From: Gemmatimonadales bacterium
Lineage (GTDB): Bacteria > Gemmatimonadota > Gemmatimonadetes > Gemmatimonadales > GWC2-71-9
Length of the DNA: 64,000 nucleotides
Reading direction: 5' to 3'
Assembly (NCBI GenBank): GCA_050183505.1
Contig: JBFXBG010000002.1
Span: forward strand, 13,881-77,880
Shown: one piece after another, positions 34,896-44,665 of the stretch
How positions within the stretch are numbered: position 1 is the stretch's first letter
Layout: the number at the start of each line of letters is the position of its first letter
The notes under the pieces: model-generated
Told to the model about the DNA's origin: nothing
Seen by the model: the letters and a program-made list of their open reading frames with translations, nothing else
Databases searched by the model: none
Made by a program: the position numbers and the translations under genes

Positions 34896-34925
34896 GCCGG
34901 GCGGCAGACGGCGCCGCCGCCCGGC
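34896..34925 (-). terminator. GC-rich hairpin after flgE (10-bp stem GCCGGGCGGC/GCCGCCCGGC, 10-nt loop), followed by AAUUCU
   Basis: Read directly. Lies 14 nt downstream of the flgE stop, in the 226-nt flgE-fliL gap. Confidence 0.4.
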
Positions 34926-34938
34926 ATTCCCCCGGCGG

Positions 34939-36186
34939 TTAGCGCCGCAGATTCACCAGTTCCTGCAGCATTTCGTCCGCGGTGCTGATGACCCGGGCAT
35001 TCGCCTGGAAGCCCCGCTGGGCGATGATCATGCTGGCGAATTCGGTGGAGATATCCACGTTGGAACTCTCCAGCGCACCGGCCGTGATCGAGGAGTTCCC
35101 CCCGGTGCCGGCGAAGCCGATGACGGCCAGGCCGGAGTTGGGAGACTCTTCATAGACGTTCTCCCCGTTCCGCAGCAGACCCGAAGGGTTGTTGAACGAC
35201 GCCAGCGCCACCTGCGCCAGCGGCTTGTTCACCCCGTTGGAGAAGAAGCCGGTGATGATTCCCTGGGCATCCACGCTGATGTTGATCAGATCCCCAGCGG
35301 GATACCCGTCCTGGCTGTTCACCACCGCGTTGGAGGGGTTGGCGAACCCGGCCAGGCCGTCAAACCCGTTGATGGTGCCGGAGTTGATCGACACCTGAAA
35401 GGGCGCCCCGCTCGAAGGGGTCAGGGTGAGGTTGCTTCCGCCGCCCGGATAGGTGAAGCTCGCCAGGCTCCCGTTGGCGTTGAACGTCACGGTCCCGGTG
35501 CCGGCCGGCGTCACGGGCGCCGAGGTACTGGAGGCCGTCCAGTCCCAGGTCCCCGGGCCGGTGTTGGTGAAGAGCAGCTGCAGGTCGTGCGGGGCACCGG
35601 CGCTGTCGTACACCGTGATCCCCATGGTGTGGGTGTCTCCCACCGCGGCCCCGGCGTCCAGGTTGCCGGTGAGCCCGATCTGGGTTGTCGCCTGGGCCGG
35701 TGATTTGGCGCCCAGCTGAAGCTGGATATCCCCGATCGACGACGAGGACGAGAAATTCCCCAGCGGATCGGCGTTGATGCCCTGCACCACGTACCCGTTG
35801 GCGCCGGAAATGAGCCGGCCGTTGGCGTCGAGCTGGAAGTTGCCGGCCCGGGTGTATACCGGCCGCTGGCCGTTGCTCAGGACGAAGAGCGCGTTGCCCT
35901 GAATGGCCAGATCCAGTGTCTGCCCGGTCGTCTCCAGGCTGCCCTGGGTGAACAGCTGGTCGATACTGCCGATGTTGACCCCGGTGCCGATCTGGACCGG
36001 ATTGGTCCCGCCCAGAGTCGCCGGGCGGGACGCGCCCCGGAGCACCTGCACGAAGGCTTCCTTGAACGTGACCCGGGAGGCCTTGAAGCCGACCGTATTC
36101 ACGTTCGCGATGTTGTTGCCGATCACGTCCATCTGGGTCTGGTGACTGCGGAGCCCGGAGACGCCGGCGAAGAGCGCGCCCATCAT
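34939..36186 (-). CDS. flgE: flagellar hook protein FlgE
   Basis: GVSGLRSHQTQMDVIGNNIANVNTVGFK and C-terminal LESSNVDISTEFASMIIAQRGFQAN. Confidence 0.9.
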   Translation of the reverse strand: MMGALFAGVSGLRSHQTQMDVIGNNIANVNTVGFKASRVTFKEAFVQVLRGASRPATLGGTNPVQIGTGVNIGSIDQLFTQGSLETTGQTLDLAIQGNALFVLSNGQRPVYTRAGNFQLDANGRLISGANGYVVQGINADPLGNFSSSSSIGDIQLQLGAKSPAQATTQIGLTGNLDAGAAVGDTHTMGITVYDSAGAPHDLQLLFTNTGPGTWDWTASSTSAPVTPAGTGTVTFNANGSLASFTYPGGGSNLTLTPSSGAPFQVSINSGTINGFDGLAGFANPSNAVVNSQDGYPAGDLINISVDAQGIITGFFSNGVNKPLAQVALASFNNPSGLLRNGENVYEESPNSGLAVIGFAGTGGNSSITAGALESSNVDISTEFASMIIAQRGFQANARVISTADEMLQELVNLRR

Positions 36187-36213
36187 GAGTGTGTGTTCTC
36201 CTGAAAACGTGGG

Positions 36214-36918
36214 TTAGAGGTGTGAGAGCATCGCGAGTGAACCCGGAGCCGGCGTTCCGCCGGTGCCCGGCTCGATTTCGGCCAGGCTCTCAAGCGGGAC
36301 TTCGAGCGCTCCCATGCGGAGCATGATGGTGCCGTTGCGGAAGTAGATCCCATCGACGGTGCCGGTCGTGTAGGTCGTGACCGGGACATCGGCGCCGTCG
36401 GTGGTCTTCACGCTGACCTCATAGTGATACGTCCCGGCCGGCAGGTCGCCCGGCAGCGGGACGGCCTGCCGGCCCGCGGGCACACTGCCCAGGTTCCGGG
36501 TCGCCACAACCGCACCGCTGTCATCCCGCAGAGTGAGGGTCGCCGTACCGCCGGCACCGCCCACCTCGACCCGGAGCTGGCCCGCCGTCCCGGCGGTGAT
36601 CTCCAGCTGGTCTCCCTCGGCAACGATCTGCCGGCCAAGCAGCGATGCGCTGAGGGCGGTCTGGCTCACCAGCGTGCCCAGGTGCACCGCATCGGTCTGG
36701 GCCGCGAGCTGGTCGTTCAGCTGGGTCAACTGCTCCACCGAGGTGAACTGGGCCAGCTGGACCGCGAACTCCTGCGGCTGAAGCGGGCTCAACGGATCCT
36801 GGTGGCGCAGCTGGGTCACCAGCAGCGTGAGGAACGCGTCCTTGTCGAGGCTGCTGCGGTCGCGCGGCTGCGCGGTGGCCGGCCCCGGAAGCACGGATTC
36901 CGCCGTCGGTGTGATCAT
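36214..36918 (-). CDS. flgD: flagellar hook capping protein FlgD
   Basis: LDKDAFLTLLVTQLRHQDPLSPL. Confidence 0.85.
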   Translation of the reverse strand: MITPTAESVLPGPATAQPRDRSSLDKDAFLTLLVTQLRHQDPLSPLQPQEFAVQLAQFTSVEQLTQLNDQLAAQTDAVHLGTLVSQTALSASLLGRQIVAEGDQLEITAGTAGQLRVEVGGAGGTATLTLRDDSGAVVATRNLGSVPAGRQAVPLPGDLPAGTYHYEVSVKTTDGADVPVTTYTTGTVDGIYFRNGTIMLRMGALEVPLESLAEIEPGTGGTPAPGSLAMLSHL

Positions 36919-37976
36919 CGGTCCTGCCTTTCTGCCCCTTCGCGAGGCGAGCGCCGCCGCCCGTCACGGGGGAGGGTGCCGGAACGGTCATCCCGCCGGT
37001 GCTCCTCCGGTGTGTGCGGATCGGACGAATGGTCGCGCGCGGGGTCGCGCGACGGGGTGTGCTTCAGATCGGGAGCCGCCGGTCCCTCACGCACGGCCAC
37101 ATGGGCATCGGCAAAGCCTCGCTCCGCCAGCCCGCGGCGCAGGTCGCCCAGACCGTCGCGCAGCGCGCCGGCCGTGGCGCGGTCGGCGGCGAAGATCGTC
37201 GCGTGCAGCACCTCCCCCCGGAGCGAAAGACGCAGCCTGCCCGCCATGCCGCCTTCGTTGACCAGCGGCACCGTCACCTGCGCCGCCGGCCTGGGCGGCG
37301 GGGGGAGCGGGACGGCTACCGGCCGGACCGGCACCGGAGGTGCCGGCGTCCCGACCTGAGCCAGGGTGACCTGAATCCTCGGTGCCGGATCGGCAACCGG
37401 CGCGGCCGGCTGCGCGACGGCGACCGGGGCGGAGGCCGGGTTCGCGCTCCGGCCCGGCGCGGCCGCGGTCTCGTCCCGGGATGGTTTGGTCGTTTCCCGC
37501 TGCGCCGGCGCCTGATCGGGCGCCGACGCCACGACCGGTGCGGCCGGCTCCGGCGGAGTCCCGGCGGGACCGCCTGCCAGCTCCCGACCCGCCCGGGCGG
37601 CGTCCGGCGGCGGCGGCGAAGCAGCATCGGCTTCGGGACCGACGGCGAGGGGGACCGCGCTCAGCACGGCCGCAGCCGCGCTGCCCGGAACGGTCTTCCC
37701 GGCCTGGCTCGCAGCCGATGGAGCGGTGCGTGGAATGACCGGTCCGGACGGCGAGTCCGGCCCGGCGCCGGCTTCGGCGGCCGGGTTCCCACCGGATGAG
37801 CCCGGCGGCTCGGCGGACGGCTCGCGGCTGCGCAGGGGCGGCGGCGGGACCGTCTGCCGCACGGCCAGTTCCAGCGCCGCATCGAAGGCGGGGCGATCCT
37901 CTTCCCGCTTCGCCACGCGGGCGGGGGTGCGGGAGGGCGCCGGATCGGCCGGGACCGCCGGCAGCGGTTGAATCAT
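36915..37976 (-). CDS. fliK: flagellar hook-length control protein FliK (Pro/Ala-rich)
   Basis: C-terminal Flg_hook-like LRLSLRGEVLHATIFAADRATAGALRDGLGDLRRGLAERG. Start set at MIQPLP (ATGA overlap with the upstream gene). The longer ORF 36915..38879 is not supported. Confidence 0.75.
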   Translation of the reverse strand: MIQPLPAVPADPAPSRTPARVAKREEDRPAFDAALELAVRQTVPPPPLRSREPSAEPPGSSGGNPAAEAGAGPDSPSGPVIPRTAPSAASQAGKTVPGSAAAAVLSAVPLAVGPEADAASPPPPDAARAGRELAGGPAGTPPEPAAPVVASAPDQAPAQRETTKPSRDETAAAPGRSANPASAPVAVAQPAAPVADPAPRIQVTLAQVGTPAPPVPVRPVAVPLPPPPRPAAQVTVPLVNEGGMAGRLRLSLRGEVLHATIFAADRATAGALRDGLGDLRRGLAERGFADAHVAVREGPAAPDLKHTPSRDPARDHSSDPHTPEEHRRDDRSGTLPRDGRRRSPREGAERQDR

Positions 37977-38512
37977 CGGGTTCCCTCGGTGGTGGCGAGC
38001 AGACGGCGGCTCAACGCCGCGGCGCGCTCGACCGGCAGCTGCCCCATGAGCTGGGCGGTCTGTCTCACACCCAGCTGGCGGAAGATTCCTTCGACTTGTG
38101 CGTCGCTCAGGTGACCCAGGATGCGGGCCGCATCGGCCGGCTTCATGTTGACCAGGATCCGGGCGACCTGTCCGTAGGCCCGGGCTTCCTCCTCGGGGGT
38201 CGGACCGGGCTGGGGCCCGGGTGCCTGCCGGATGGGTGCGGCCACCGGCGCCTCGGGCGGCGCGGCAGCCACGGCCCCCGCGTCGGCGCTGTCGGTCCGC
38301 GGTGTGAGCGTATCCGCCGTCGACGGCGGCGGCCCGTGATCGGCCTGGCTGTCCGCCGCGGCCACAGCCACGGCGCCGTGTTCGGTCGAGTCGATCGCGG
38401 TGCTGGTGGAGTCGGCAGCCGGGACATTCCCGCCGGACCGCAGGACCACAGCTCCGGTCCCCGCTCCGAGCGCCACCAGAAACGCCGCGAGGCTCAACAG
38501 GATGATCTTCAT
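37973..38512 (-). CDS. flagellar-operon protein with MgtE_N/MotE-like domain (YlxF/FlbB-like)
   Basis: N-terminal TM. C-terminal KPADAARILGHLSDAQVEGIFRQLGVRQTAQLMGQL. Position between fliJ and fliK. Confidence 0.6.
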   Translation of the reverse strand: MKIILLSLAAFLVALGAGTGAVVLRSGGNVPAADSTSTAIDSTEHGAVAVAAADSQADHGPPPSTADTLTPRTDSADAGAVAAAPPEAPVAAPIRQAPGPQPGPTPEEEARAYGQVARILVNMKPADAARILGHLSDAQVEGIFRQLGVRQTAQLMGQLPVERAAALSRRLLATTEGTR

Positions 38513-38961
38513 CGGGTCTTCTCCCCCCGGGCATGCCGCTGCAGCACGATCTCGTCGATCTGCGATTGCTCATGCCTGGCCACCTGCAGGAACCACTCGG
38601 CGTGACGGATCTCCCGCAGCCGCTCGACCGAGCGACGATCCTGGCGGGCGGCGACGAACTGCGACTGGCCGTCTTCCACGGCGGACACGGCGCTTGCATG
38701 CTCGGCCCGGGCCGCGTCCACGTGGGTCGCCGCGGCATCGCGGGCCAGGCCCAGCGTGCGCAGCACTCCGGCGGTGACGCCGTCTTCGGCGAGCCGGGCG
38801 ATGATTCCGCAGCACCGGTCCAGCCTCTCGGAGGCTTCCTCCACCGCATGGCGCCGCGCCAGTTCATCCCGGACCGCATGCGCCAGTTCGCGTGCGCGCT
38901 CCTGTTCCAGCCGCTCGCGCAGGGCCAGCACGCGGTCGAGTCGGAAAGTGAAGTGTTTCAT
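38509..38961 (-). CDS. fliJ: flagellar export protein FliJ
   Basis: 150-aa coiled-coil protein starting MKHFTFRLDRVLALRE, immediately after fliI. Confidence 0.7.
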   Translation of the reverse strand: MKHFTFRLDRVLALRERLEQERARELAHAVRDELARRHAVEEASERLDRCCGIIARLAEDGVTAGVLRTLGLARDAAATHVDAARAEHASAVSAVEDGQSQFVAARQDRRSVERLREIRHAEWFLQVARHEQSQIDEIVLQRHARGEKTR

Positions 38962-40328
38962 GCCTCGGGCCCTCCCATGCGGGCGCGGACCTGGCCGGCC
39001 AGCTGGAGCAGCAGGCTCCGGGTCCGCTCCAGTCCGCTGTGATCCTCCGCGGTCTGCTGCAGGAAGCCGAGCAACTGCGGACGGAGCGCAATGGCGGCGT
39101 CCACCATCCGGTCGGCGCCGGGTTTGTAGGCACCGACGGCGATCAGATCTTCCTGGCTCCGGTAGGCCGCTTCCAGCCGGAGCACCGTGTTGGCGGCCTC
39201 CAGCTGCTCGCGGTCGACCACGGCGTCCCGTACCCGGCTCACACTCTCGAGAACGTCGATGGCCGGGAAGTGCCGGGCGCTCGCCAGCCGCCGGCTCAGG
39301 ACGATGTGGCCGTCCAGAATCGAACGGGCCGAATCGGCCACCGGCTCGTTGAAATCATCGCCTTCGACCAGCACGGTATAGAGCCCGGTGATGCTGCCGG
39401 TCGCCGCGGTGCCGGCCCGCTCCAGCAGGCGCGGCAGGGCCGCGAAGACCGAGGGCGGATATCCCTTGGTGGTCGGCGGCTCGCCGACCGCCAGGCCGAT
39501 CTCGCGCCAGGCCATCGCCACCCGGGTGATCGAATCCATCATGAGCAGCACGTTCTTGCCGCGGTCACGGAACCACTCGGCGATCGCGGTGGCGACCAGC
39601 GCGCCGGTCGCGCGGACCACGGCGGCCTGGTCGCTGGTGGCGGCGACCACCACCGAACGGCGCAGGCCCTCGGGGCCCAGGTCCCGCTCGATGAATTCGC
39701 GCACCTCGCGGCCGCGCTCACCCACCAGCGCGATCACGTTCACGTCGGCCGTCGAATGGCGCGCCACCATTCCCATCAGCACGCTCTTGCCAACGCCGCT
39801 GCCGGCCATGATTCCGATCCGCTGACCCAGCCCCAGAGTGAGCAGGCTGTCGATGGTACGCACGCCGGTACCGAGCGGCCGGTGAATCGGGGCCCGCTCC
39901 AGCGGACTCGGCGGACTGGCATTGAGGGGGCAGCGCTGCCGCAGCGCGGGAAGCGGCCGGCCATCGATCGGATGTCCCAGCCCGTCGACTACCCGGCCCA
40001 CCAGACCCTCGGCGGCTTCCGCGTACAGCGCGCGCGCCAGGGGAATCACCACGGCACCGGGGTGGATGCCCTGGAGTTCACCCAGAGGCATGAGCAGAAT
40101 CCCGCCCTCATGGAAGCCGACGACCTGGGCCAGCATGGGCTCGTGATCCTCCGGCGTGATCCGGCAGACCTCTCCCACCGCGACCGAGAGCGACGTCGCC
40201 TCCACCACCTGCCCGATGACCCGGGTGACCCGGCCGAACACCACGAAACGCGGGGTGTTGTCGATCCGGGCCAGCCAGTCCGCCAGCAGCGGGGTCGGGG
40301 GGGTGTCAGTCGTAGGCCAGTCGTTCAT
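38958..40328 (-). CDS. fliI: flagellum-specific ATPase FliI
   Basis: Walker A MAGSGVGKSVL, Walker B VLLMMDSITR, F1-beta-like fold. Confidence 0.92.
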   Translation of the reverse strand: MNDWPTTDTPPTPLLADWLARIDNTPRFVVFGRVTRVIGQVVEATSLSVAVGEVCRITPEDHEPMLAQVVGFHEGGILLMPLGELQGIHPGAVVIPLARALYAEAAEGLVGRVVDGLGHPIDGRPLPALRQRCPLNASPPSPLERAPIHRPLGTGVRTIDSLLTLGLGQRIGIMAGSGVGKSVLMGMVARHSTADVNVIALVGERGREVREFIERDLGPEGLRRSVVVAATSDQAAVVRATGALVATAIAEWFRDRGKNVLLMMDSITRVAMAWREIGLAVGEPPTTKGYPPSVFAALPRLLERAGTAATGSITGLYTVLVEGDDFNEPVADSARSILDGHIVLSRRLASARHFPAIDVLESVSRVRDAVVDREQLEAANTVLRLEAAYRSQEDLIAVGAYKPGADRMVDAAIALRPQLLGFLQQTAEDHSGLERTRSLLLQLAGQVRARMGGPEA

Positions 40329-40887
40329 ACAGCCTCTGCAAGGCGACGTCGGTCCGGCCGTCCACGATCCGGGCCGGGGTCTGCATCAGAAACCCGCCCC
40401 GGTCCAGGCTGGGGTCGGCCATCCACTTCACCTTGACTTCTCCCCGGTTTCCCGCCGCCGCGTCGAGCTGGTCGGCGACGGTGGCGTAGTCTTCCGGGTT
40501 CAGATAGATCGTGAACGCCGTGTCCCGGGGGAGCAGTGCCAGCGCGCGCTCGACCAGGGCCTGCAGCAGCGACGGATCCGCCTGGACCTCCCGCTGGATC
40601 ACGTGCTGCGCCATGCCGACCGCCAGGCCTTCGATATTGCGGGCCTGATCGCGCAGGAACTCCTCCCGGGCCGCCGCCAGCGCCGCGACGGTATCGCCCA
40701 GGGCCTCGAGCGCCGGCCCCAGAGCTTCCCGGGCCCGTTCCTGGGCATCGGCGAACCCGTCGGCGTATCCCCGTTCGTACTCCTGCCGGCGTGCCACCTC
40801 GGCCGGGTCGACGACGGAGTGCCGGGGATCCCCGGGAAGCTCCGGCAGGGCCCAGCCGGCGTCAGGCGATGATGTCATCGTTGCCAC
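40306..40887 (-). CDS. fliH: flagellar assembly protein FliH
   Basis: YERGYADGFADAQ motif region and its position between fliG and fliI. Confidence 0.7.
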   Translation of the reverse strand: MATMTSSPDAGWALPELPGDPRHSVVDPAEVARRQEYERGYADGFADAQERAREALGPALEALGDTVAALAAAREEFLRDQARNIEGLAVGMAQHVIQREVQADPSLLQALVERALALLPRDTAFTIYLNPEDYATVADQLDAAAGNRGEVKVKWMADPSLDRGGFLMQTPARIVDGRTDVALQRLYERLAYD

Positions 40888-41887
40888 CGCGGCTCCGCAC
40901 CAGGATCTCTCCCGCTTCTTCGAGCGCCCGCACCCGTTCGATGACTTCCGCGTGGGCGGCCTCCACCTCCCGGACCCGGACCGCGCCGAGCAGCTCGATT
41001 TCCTCTTCGAGTGCCGAGGCGGCGCGCTCGGACATGTTCTTCATGATGTGTCGCTTGAGTTCCTCGCTGGCGGCCTTGAGGGCGAGCGCCAGCTGCTTGC
41101 TTTCCACGTCCCGCAGCAACCGCTGCATGCTGCGGCCGTCGAGCAGGAGCAGGTCCTCGAAGACGAACATCAGGGCCTTGATGCGCGAAGCGATCTCGCC
41201 GCCGTGCGTCTCGATCCCGTCGAGGAGCTGCTTCTCCAGGGTTCCACCGGTGAGGTTCAGCAGTTTGGCCACGGCGGCGGGGCCGCCCGACAGCGCCATC
41301 TCCTGGGTCAGCGTCAGGTCGGTCTTGCTGCTGAGGCCGGTTTCCACCAGGGCGAGCACATCGGCCGAGATCTTTTCCATCCGCGCCATGCGGTAGAGCA
41401 CGTCCGCGGCAAACTCCGGGTCCATGGCCTGCACCACCCCGGCCGCCTGGCGGCTGTCGACATGGGCCAGAATCAGCGCCACCGTCTGGGGATGTTCGCC
41501 CCGGAGAATGCCGGCGAGGACCTCCGGCGCCGCCTTCTTCAGCCGTTTCAGTCCGCTGTCCGGGCCGGGGCCCTGAAGCCGGTCGAGCACCTGGCGGGCC
41601 CGGGTCGATCCCAGGGCCTGCTCCAGCAGTTCCCGGGCGAAGTCGAGCCCGCCGCGGGCGGCGGAGTCCATGGCGTGGGAAACCGTGGAGAACTCCTGCA
41701 GCACGGCGTTGACCGTCTCCGGGGGGACTGCGGGCATCGCCGCGATCTCCCGGGTGACCTGTTCGATCTCTTCGCTGGTGAGTTGCTGCAGGATGCGGGA
41801 GGCCTGCTGCGGCCCCAGCGTCATGCACACGATCGCGCTCTTCTGGGCGCCGCTCAGTTCCCGGGGAGAAACCCGTATGGCCGTCAT
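40862..41887 (-). CDS. fliG: flagellar motor switch protein FliG
   Basis: GAQKSAIVCMTLG and C-terminal torque-helix region LSERAASALEEEIELLG. Confidence 0.9.
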   Translation of the reverse strand: MTAIRVSPRELSGAQKSAIVCMTLGPQQASRILQQLTSEEIEQVTREIAAMPAVPPETVNAVLQEFSTVSHAMDSAARGGLDFARELLEQALGSTRARQVLDRLQGPGPDSGLKRLKKAAPEVLAGILRGEHPQTVALILAHVDSRQAAGVVQAMDPEFAADVLYRMARMEKISADVLALVETGLSSKTDLTLTQEMALSGGPAAVAKLLNLTGGTLEKQLLDGIETHGGEIASRIKALMFVFEDLLLLDGRSMQRLLRDVESKQLALALKAASEELKRHIMKNMSERAASALEEEIELLGAVRVREVEAAHAEVIERVRALEEAGEILVRSRGGNDDIIA

Positions 41888-41889
41888 GG

Positions 41890-43341
41890 TCAGGATTCTC
41901 CCAGCCAGGTGCGGAGAACCTGGGCCGTGACTTCAGGGGCGGTGGCGGTTCTGGGCTCCAGGGCCAGCCGGGGCGTGCCGCCCACCGCCGGCCGGCCGGG
42001 CGGCTCGGTCACGGCCGCGGGCGCCTGGCTGTCCGGAGTCCGGATCGGTGTCTTCAGGATCCGGAAGGCCAGGAGCAGCAGCGCGACGATGGCCACGATA
42101 CCGACGACCGGGCGGCTGAACCGCTCGGCCACCTGGACCGGGCTCGTCGTCGGCTCCACCGGGGCTTCGGCGGCGGCCGGAAGCGCGACGGCCTCGAACG
42201 GAACCGCCATGACGCTCACCCGGTCACCCCGGGTACTGTCCATCCCGATGGCGTTCCGGACCATCGATGCCACGCTGTCGATGCCGATCCGCGGACCGGA
42301 CGCGCCGCCCCGCAGGGCGGCATCGTCGACCAGCACCGCCACCGTGAGCCGGCCGATCGACCCGACGGCCCCGACGATCTTCTCCAGCCGGCGCGAGTTC
42401 TGATAGGTGTTGCTGACGATGGTCGAGGCACCCGCGCCGGTTTCATCGGCGTTGCTGCCGTCTTCACTCCGTTGTTCGGTCGCCAGGACCGCTCCGTCGG
42501 GGTCGTAGGCCTCGATGGTCTTGTCCACCTGATCGAAGCTGAGCTGGGCCGAGACCTGGGTCCGGCTCCGGCCCTGACCCAGCACCGTGGCCAGAAGACC
42601 TTCGATCTTGCCGGCCAGATGGGCCTCCACACCCCGCTGGATCTCCAGTTGCCGGTTGGTAAGCCCGGTCACTTCTCCGGCGCCGCCGGGAATCGTGAGC
42701 ACCCGGCCCGCGTCGTCCATGACGGCCACGTTGTCCGGCGCCAGCTGCTCGACGCTGTTGCTGACGATATAGGTGATGCCCTCGACCGCATCGGGCGGCA
42801 GAGACACCCCGGGCGCGATCGACAGCACCACCGAAGCGCTGGCCGGCCGTTCCAGTCGCCGGATCGCGCTGGTGGTGGGCAGCACCAGATGGACCTGGGC
42901 CCGCTGAATGCCGCGGATGGCGCCGATGGTCCGGGAGAGTTCCCCCTCCAGCGCCCGCTGGTAGGTCACCCGCTGGGTGAAGTCGGTCATGCCCCAGGAG
43001 GGCTTGTCGAACAGCTCGAGTCCCGGCCGGCCGTTGGTCGGCAGGCCGTCCCGCGCCAGGGCGACCCGGGCCCGGGCAATGTCCGCGGCCGGGACCTGGA
43101 CTTCGGTACCGCCGGCACCGAGCCGGAATCGGATATCGGCCTTCTGCAGCCCGTCCTGGATTCCGGCGGCGTCGCTCAGCTCCAGATCGCGGTAGAGCGT
43201 GACCCAGGCCGGGGCCGACGCCCAGCCGGTCACCAGCCACAGGAGGACGAGCACGGTGGCTACGCCCCCGAGCAGCAGGAACCGGCGTGTCGCCGGAAGG
43301 TCGCGAACGGACTGCAGCAGTGCCGGAGATGAATCGCTCAT
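41890..43341 (-). CDS. fliF: flagellar MS-ring protein FliF
   Basis: N-terminal TM, LYRDLELSDAAGIQDGL, YscJ/FliF ring domain and C-terminal TM. Confidence 0.9.
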   Translation of the reverse strand: MSDSSPALLQSVRDLPATRRFLLLGGVATVLVLLWLVTGWASAPAWVTLYRDLELSDAAGIQDGLQKADIRFRLGAGGTEVQVPAADIARARVALARDGLPTNGRPGLELFDKPSWGMTDFTQRVTYQRALEGELSRTIGAIRGIQRAQVHLVLPTTSAIRRLERPASASVVLSIAPGVSLPPDAVEGITYIVSNSVEQLAPDNVAVMDDAGRVLTIPGGAGEVTGLTNRQLEIQRGVEAHLAGKIEGLLATVLGQGRSRTQVSAQLSFDQVDKTIEAYDPDGAVLATEQRSEDGSNADETGAGASTIVSNTYQNSRRLEKIVGAVGSIGRLTVAVLVDDAALRGGASGPRIGIDSVASMVRNAIGMDSTRGDRVSVMAVPFEAVALPAAAEAPVEPTTSPVQVAERFSRPVVGIVAIVALLLLAFRILKTPIRTPDSQAPAAVTEPPGRPAVGGTPRLALEPRTATAPEVTAQVLRTWLGES

Positions 43342-43355
43342 AGGTCAGGTTCGGG

Positions 43356-43655
43356 TCACTGCATGTTCATGACGGTACGGTAGGCTTCCGCCAGCTTGTT
43401 CCGTACTTCGACCAGCAGCTCCAGTGAGATGGCGGCCTCTTCGCTCGCCGCCATGACCTGGTGCAGCTCGACCGGCTCTCCCCGCAGGAACGCGCCGATC
43501 ATGTCCCTGGCGTTGTCCTGCAGACCCGAGGCGTCATTCAGCGCCTGGGTGAAGAGATCACCGAACGAGCCGTCGTTGCCGCGCAGCTCGAAACCGCCGT
43601 CCGGCCGCTCGCGCGGGCCGAGGATCGGGCCGGACGGACCGATGGGGGCGGTCAT
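43356..43655 (-). CDS. fliE: flagellar hook-basal body protein FliE
   Basis: FGDLFTQALNDASGLQDNA...VMAASEEAAISLELLVEVRNKLAEAYRTVMNMQ. Start set to the internal ATG. Confidence 0.8.
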   Translation of the reverse strand: MTAPIGPSGPILGPRERPDGGFELRGNDGSFGDLFTQALNDASGLQDNARDMIGAFLRGEPVELHQVMAASEEAAISLELLVEVRNKLAEAYRTVMNMQ

Positions 43656-43657
43656 GA

Positions 43658-43903
43658 TCAGGCGCGCACGTCCAGCCGCTGCCCGGTCGGAGCCGGCGGC
43701 GTCACACCGGACCCGCCGGCGCGGTAGGCAAGCGGGCCCGCCGCCGCCTGGGTGAAATAGGCGCGCTCCTCGGGCGTCAGCATGTCCCACAGCGTCGCGC
43801 CGTCGGGACGGGCCGCCTCCGAAGCAGGCCCGGACGCGGGACGGGCAGCCGGTGCGGCGGCCGGTACCCGGGGAAGGATCGGAGAATTGCCGGAGATGTT
43901 CAT
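43658..43903 (-). CDS. small hypothetical Pro/Ala-rich protein between flgC and fliE
   Basis: 81-aa ORF tightly packed in the operon, 15 nt after flgC and 2 nt before fliE. No family recognised. Confidence 0.45.
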   Translation of the reverse strand: MNISGNSPILPRVPAAAPAARPASGPASEAARPDGATLWDMLTPEERAYFTQAAAGPLAYRAGGSGVTPPAPTGQRLDVRA

Positions 43904-43918
43904 GCAGGCCTCGAGGAA

Positions 43919-44350
43919 TCAGATATCCAGCGCGCGCCGCAGCATGGCTTTGGCCGCCTGGAAGACACTGGCATTGGCTTCGTGCACCCGCCGGACGACC
44001 ATGAGATCGACCAGTTCCGTGTTGATATCGACATTGGGATAGGTCACATATCCCTGGGCGTCCGCGTCGGGGTGACCCGGGTCGTACTCTTTCCGTCCGG
44101 TTGCGCCGTCCTGCACCACGCGCGTCGTCAGCGCCCCGGTGGCGGGATCCCGCGTCACCACGGCGATCTGGCGTTGATACGCGCCGCCGTCGGGTGTCCG
44201 GGTCGTCTCCGCGTTCGCGATGTTCGCGGAAATCACGTCCATGAACTTCTGCTGCACCGACATGCCCTGGGCGCTGGTCTGCAACGGACCCAGCAGCTGG
44301 CGGAGCGGCCGGGGCGTGATCGGAAACCCGGGGATTCTAGGCGCGGTCAT
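43919..44350 (-). CDS. flgC: flagellar proximal rod protein FlgC
   Basis: MDVISANIANAETTRTPDGGAYQR and C-terminal PNVDINTELVDLMVVRRVHEAN. Start set at MTAPRIPG. Confidence 0.85.
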   Translation of the reverse strand: MTAPRIPGFPITPRPLRQLLGPLQTSAQGMSVQQKFMDVISANIANAETTRTPDGGAYQRQIAVVTRDPATGALTTRVVQDGATGRKEYDPGHPDADAQGYVTYPNVDINTELVDLMVVRRVHEANASVFQAAKAMLRRALDI

Positions 44351-44630
44351 GGATCGCCGTCCGGAGCCGGGCGTACGCCTGCTGCAGCAGCCGGGCATCC
44401 GCTTCGTAGCGGAGCTGGGTATCGGCCAGGGCGGTCATGTCGCGCTGGAGATCCTCTTCCGTCGAGGCCGCGGCCTTCCCCTGCAGGGTTTCGGCGAAGC
44501 TCACGCTGGAACTCTGATCCAGCGCGCCCGCGACCCGCGCGGCGATCCCGCGATGGGTCGCGCTGGTCTCTTCGAGGCCGCCGCGCAGCATCGACGTAAG
44601 CGTGGATGGGCCAAACAGCGACTTGAGCAT
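44337..44630 (-). CDS. flgB: flagellar proximal rod protein FlgB (short, divergent)
   Basis: First gene of the block. C-terminal MTALADTQLRYEADARLLQQAY is FlgB-like. The N-terminal rod motif is weak. Confidence 0.65.
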   Translation of the reverse strand: MLKSLFGPSTLTSMLRGGLEETSATHRGIAARVAGALDQSSSVSFAETLQGKAAASTEEDLQRDMTALADTQLRYEADARLLQQAYARLRTAIHDRA

Positions 44631-44665
44631 CCTGCCTCCAGGGCTTCGTGTCGGACGGAGCCAGG

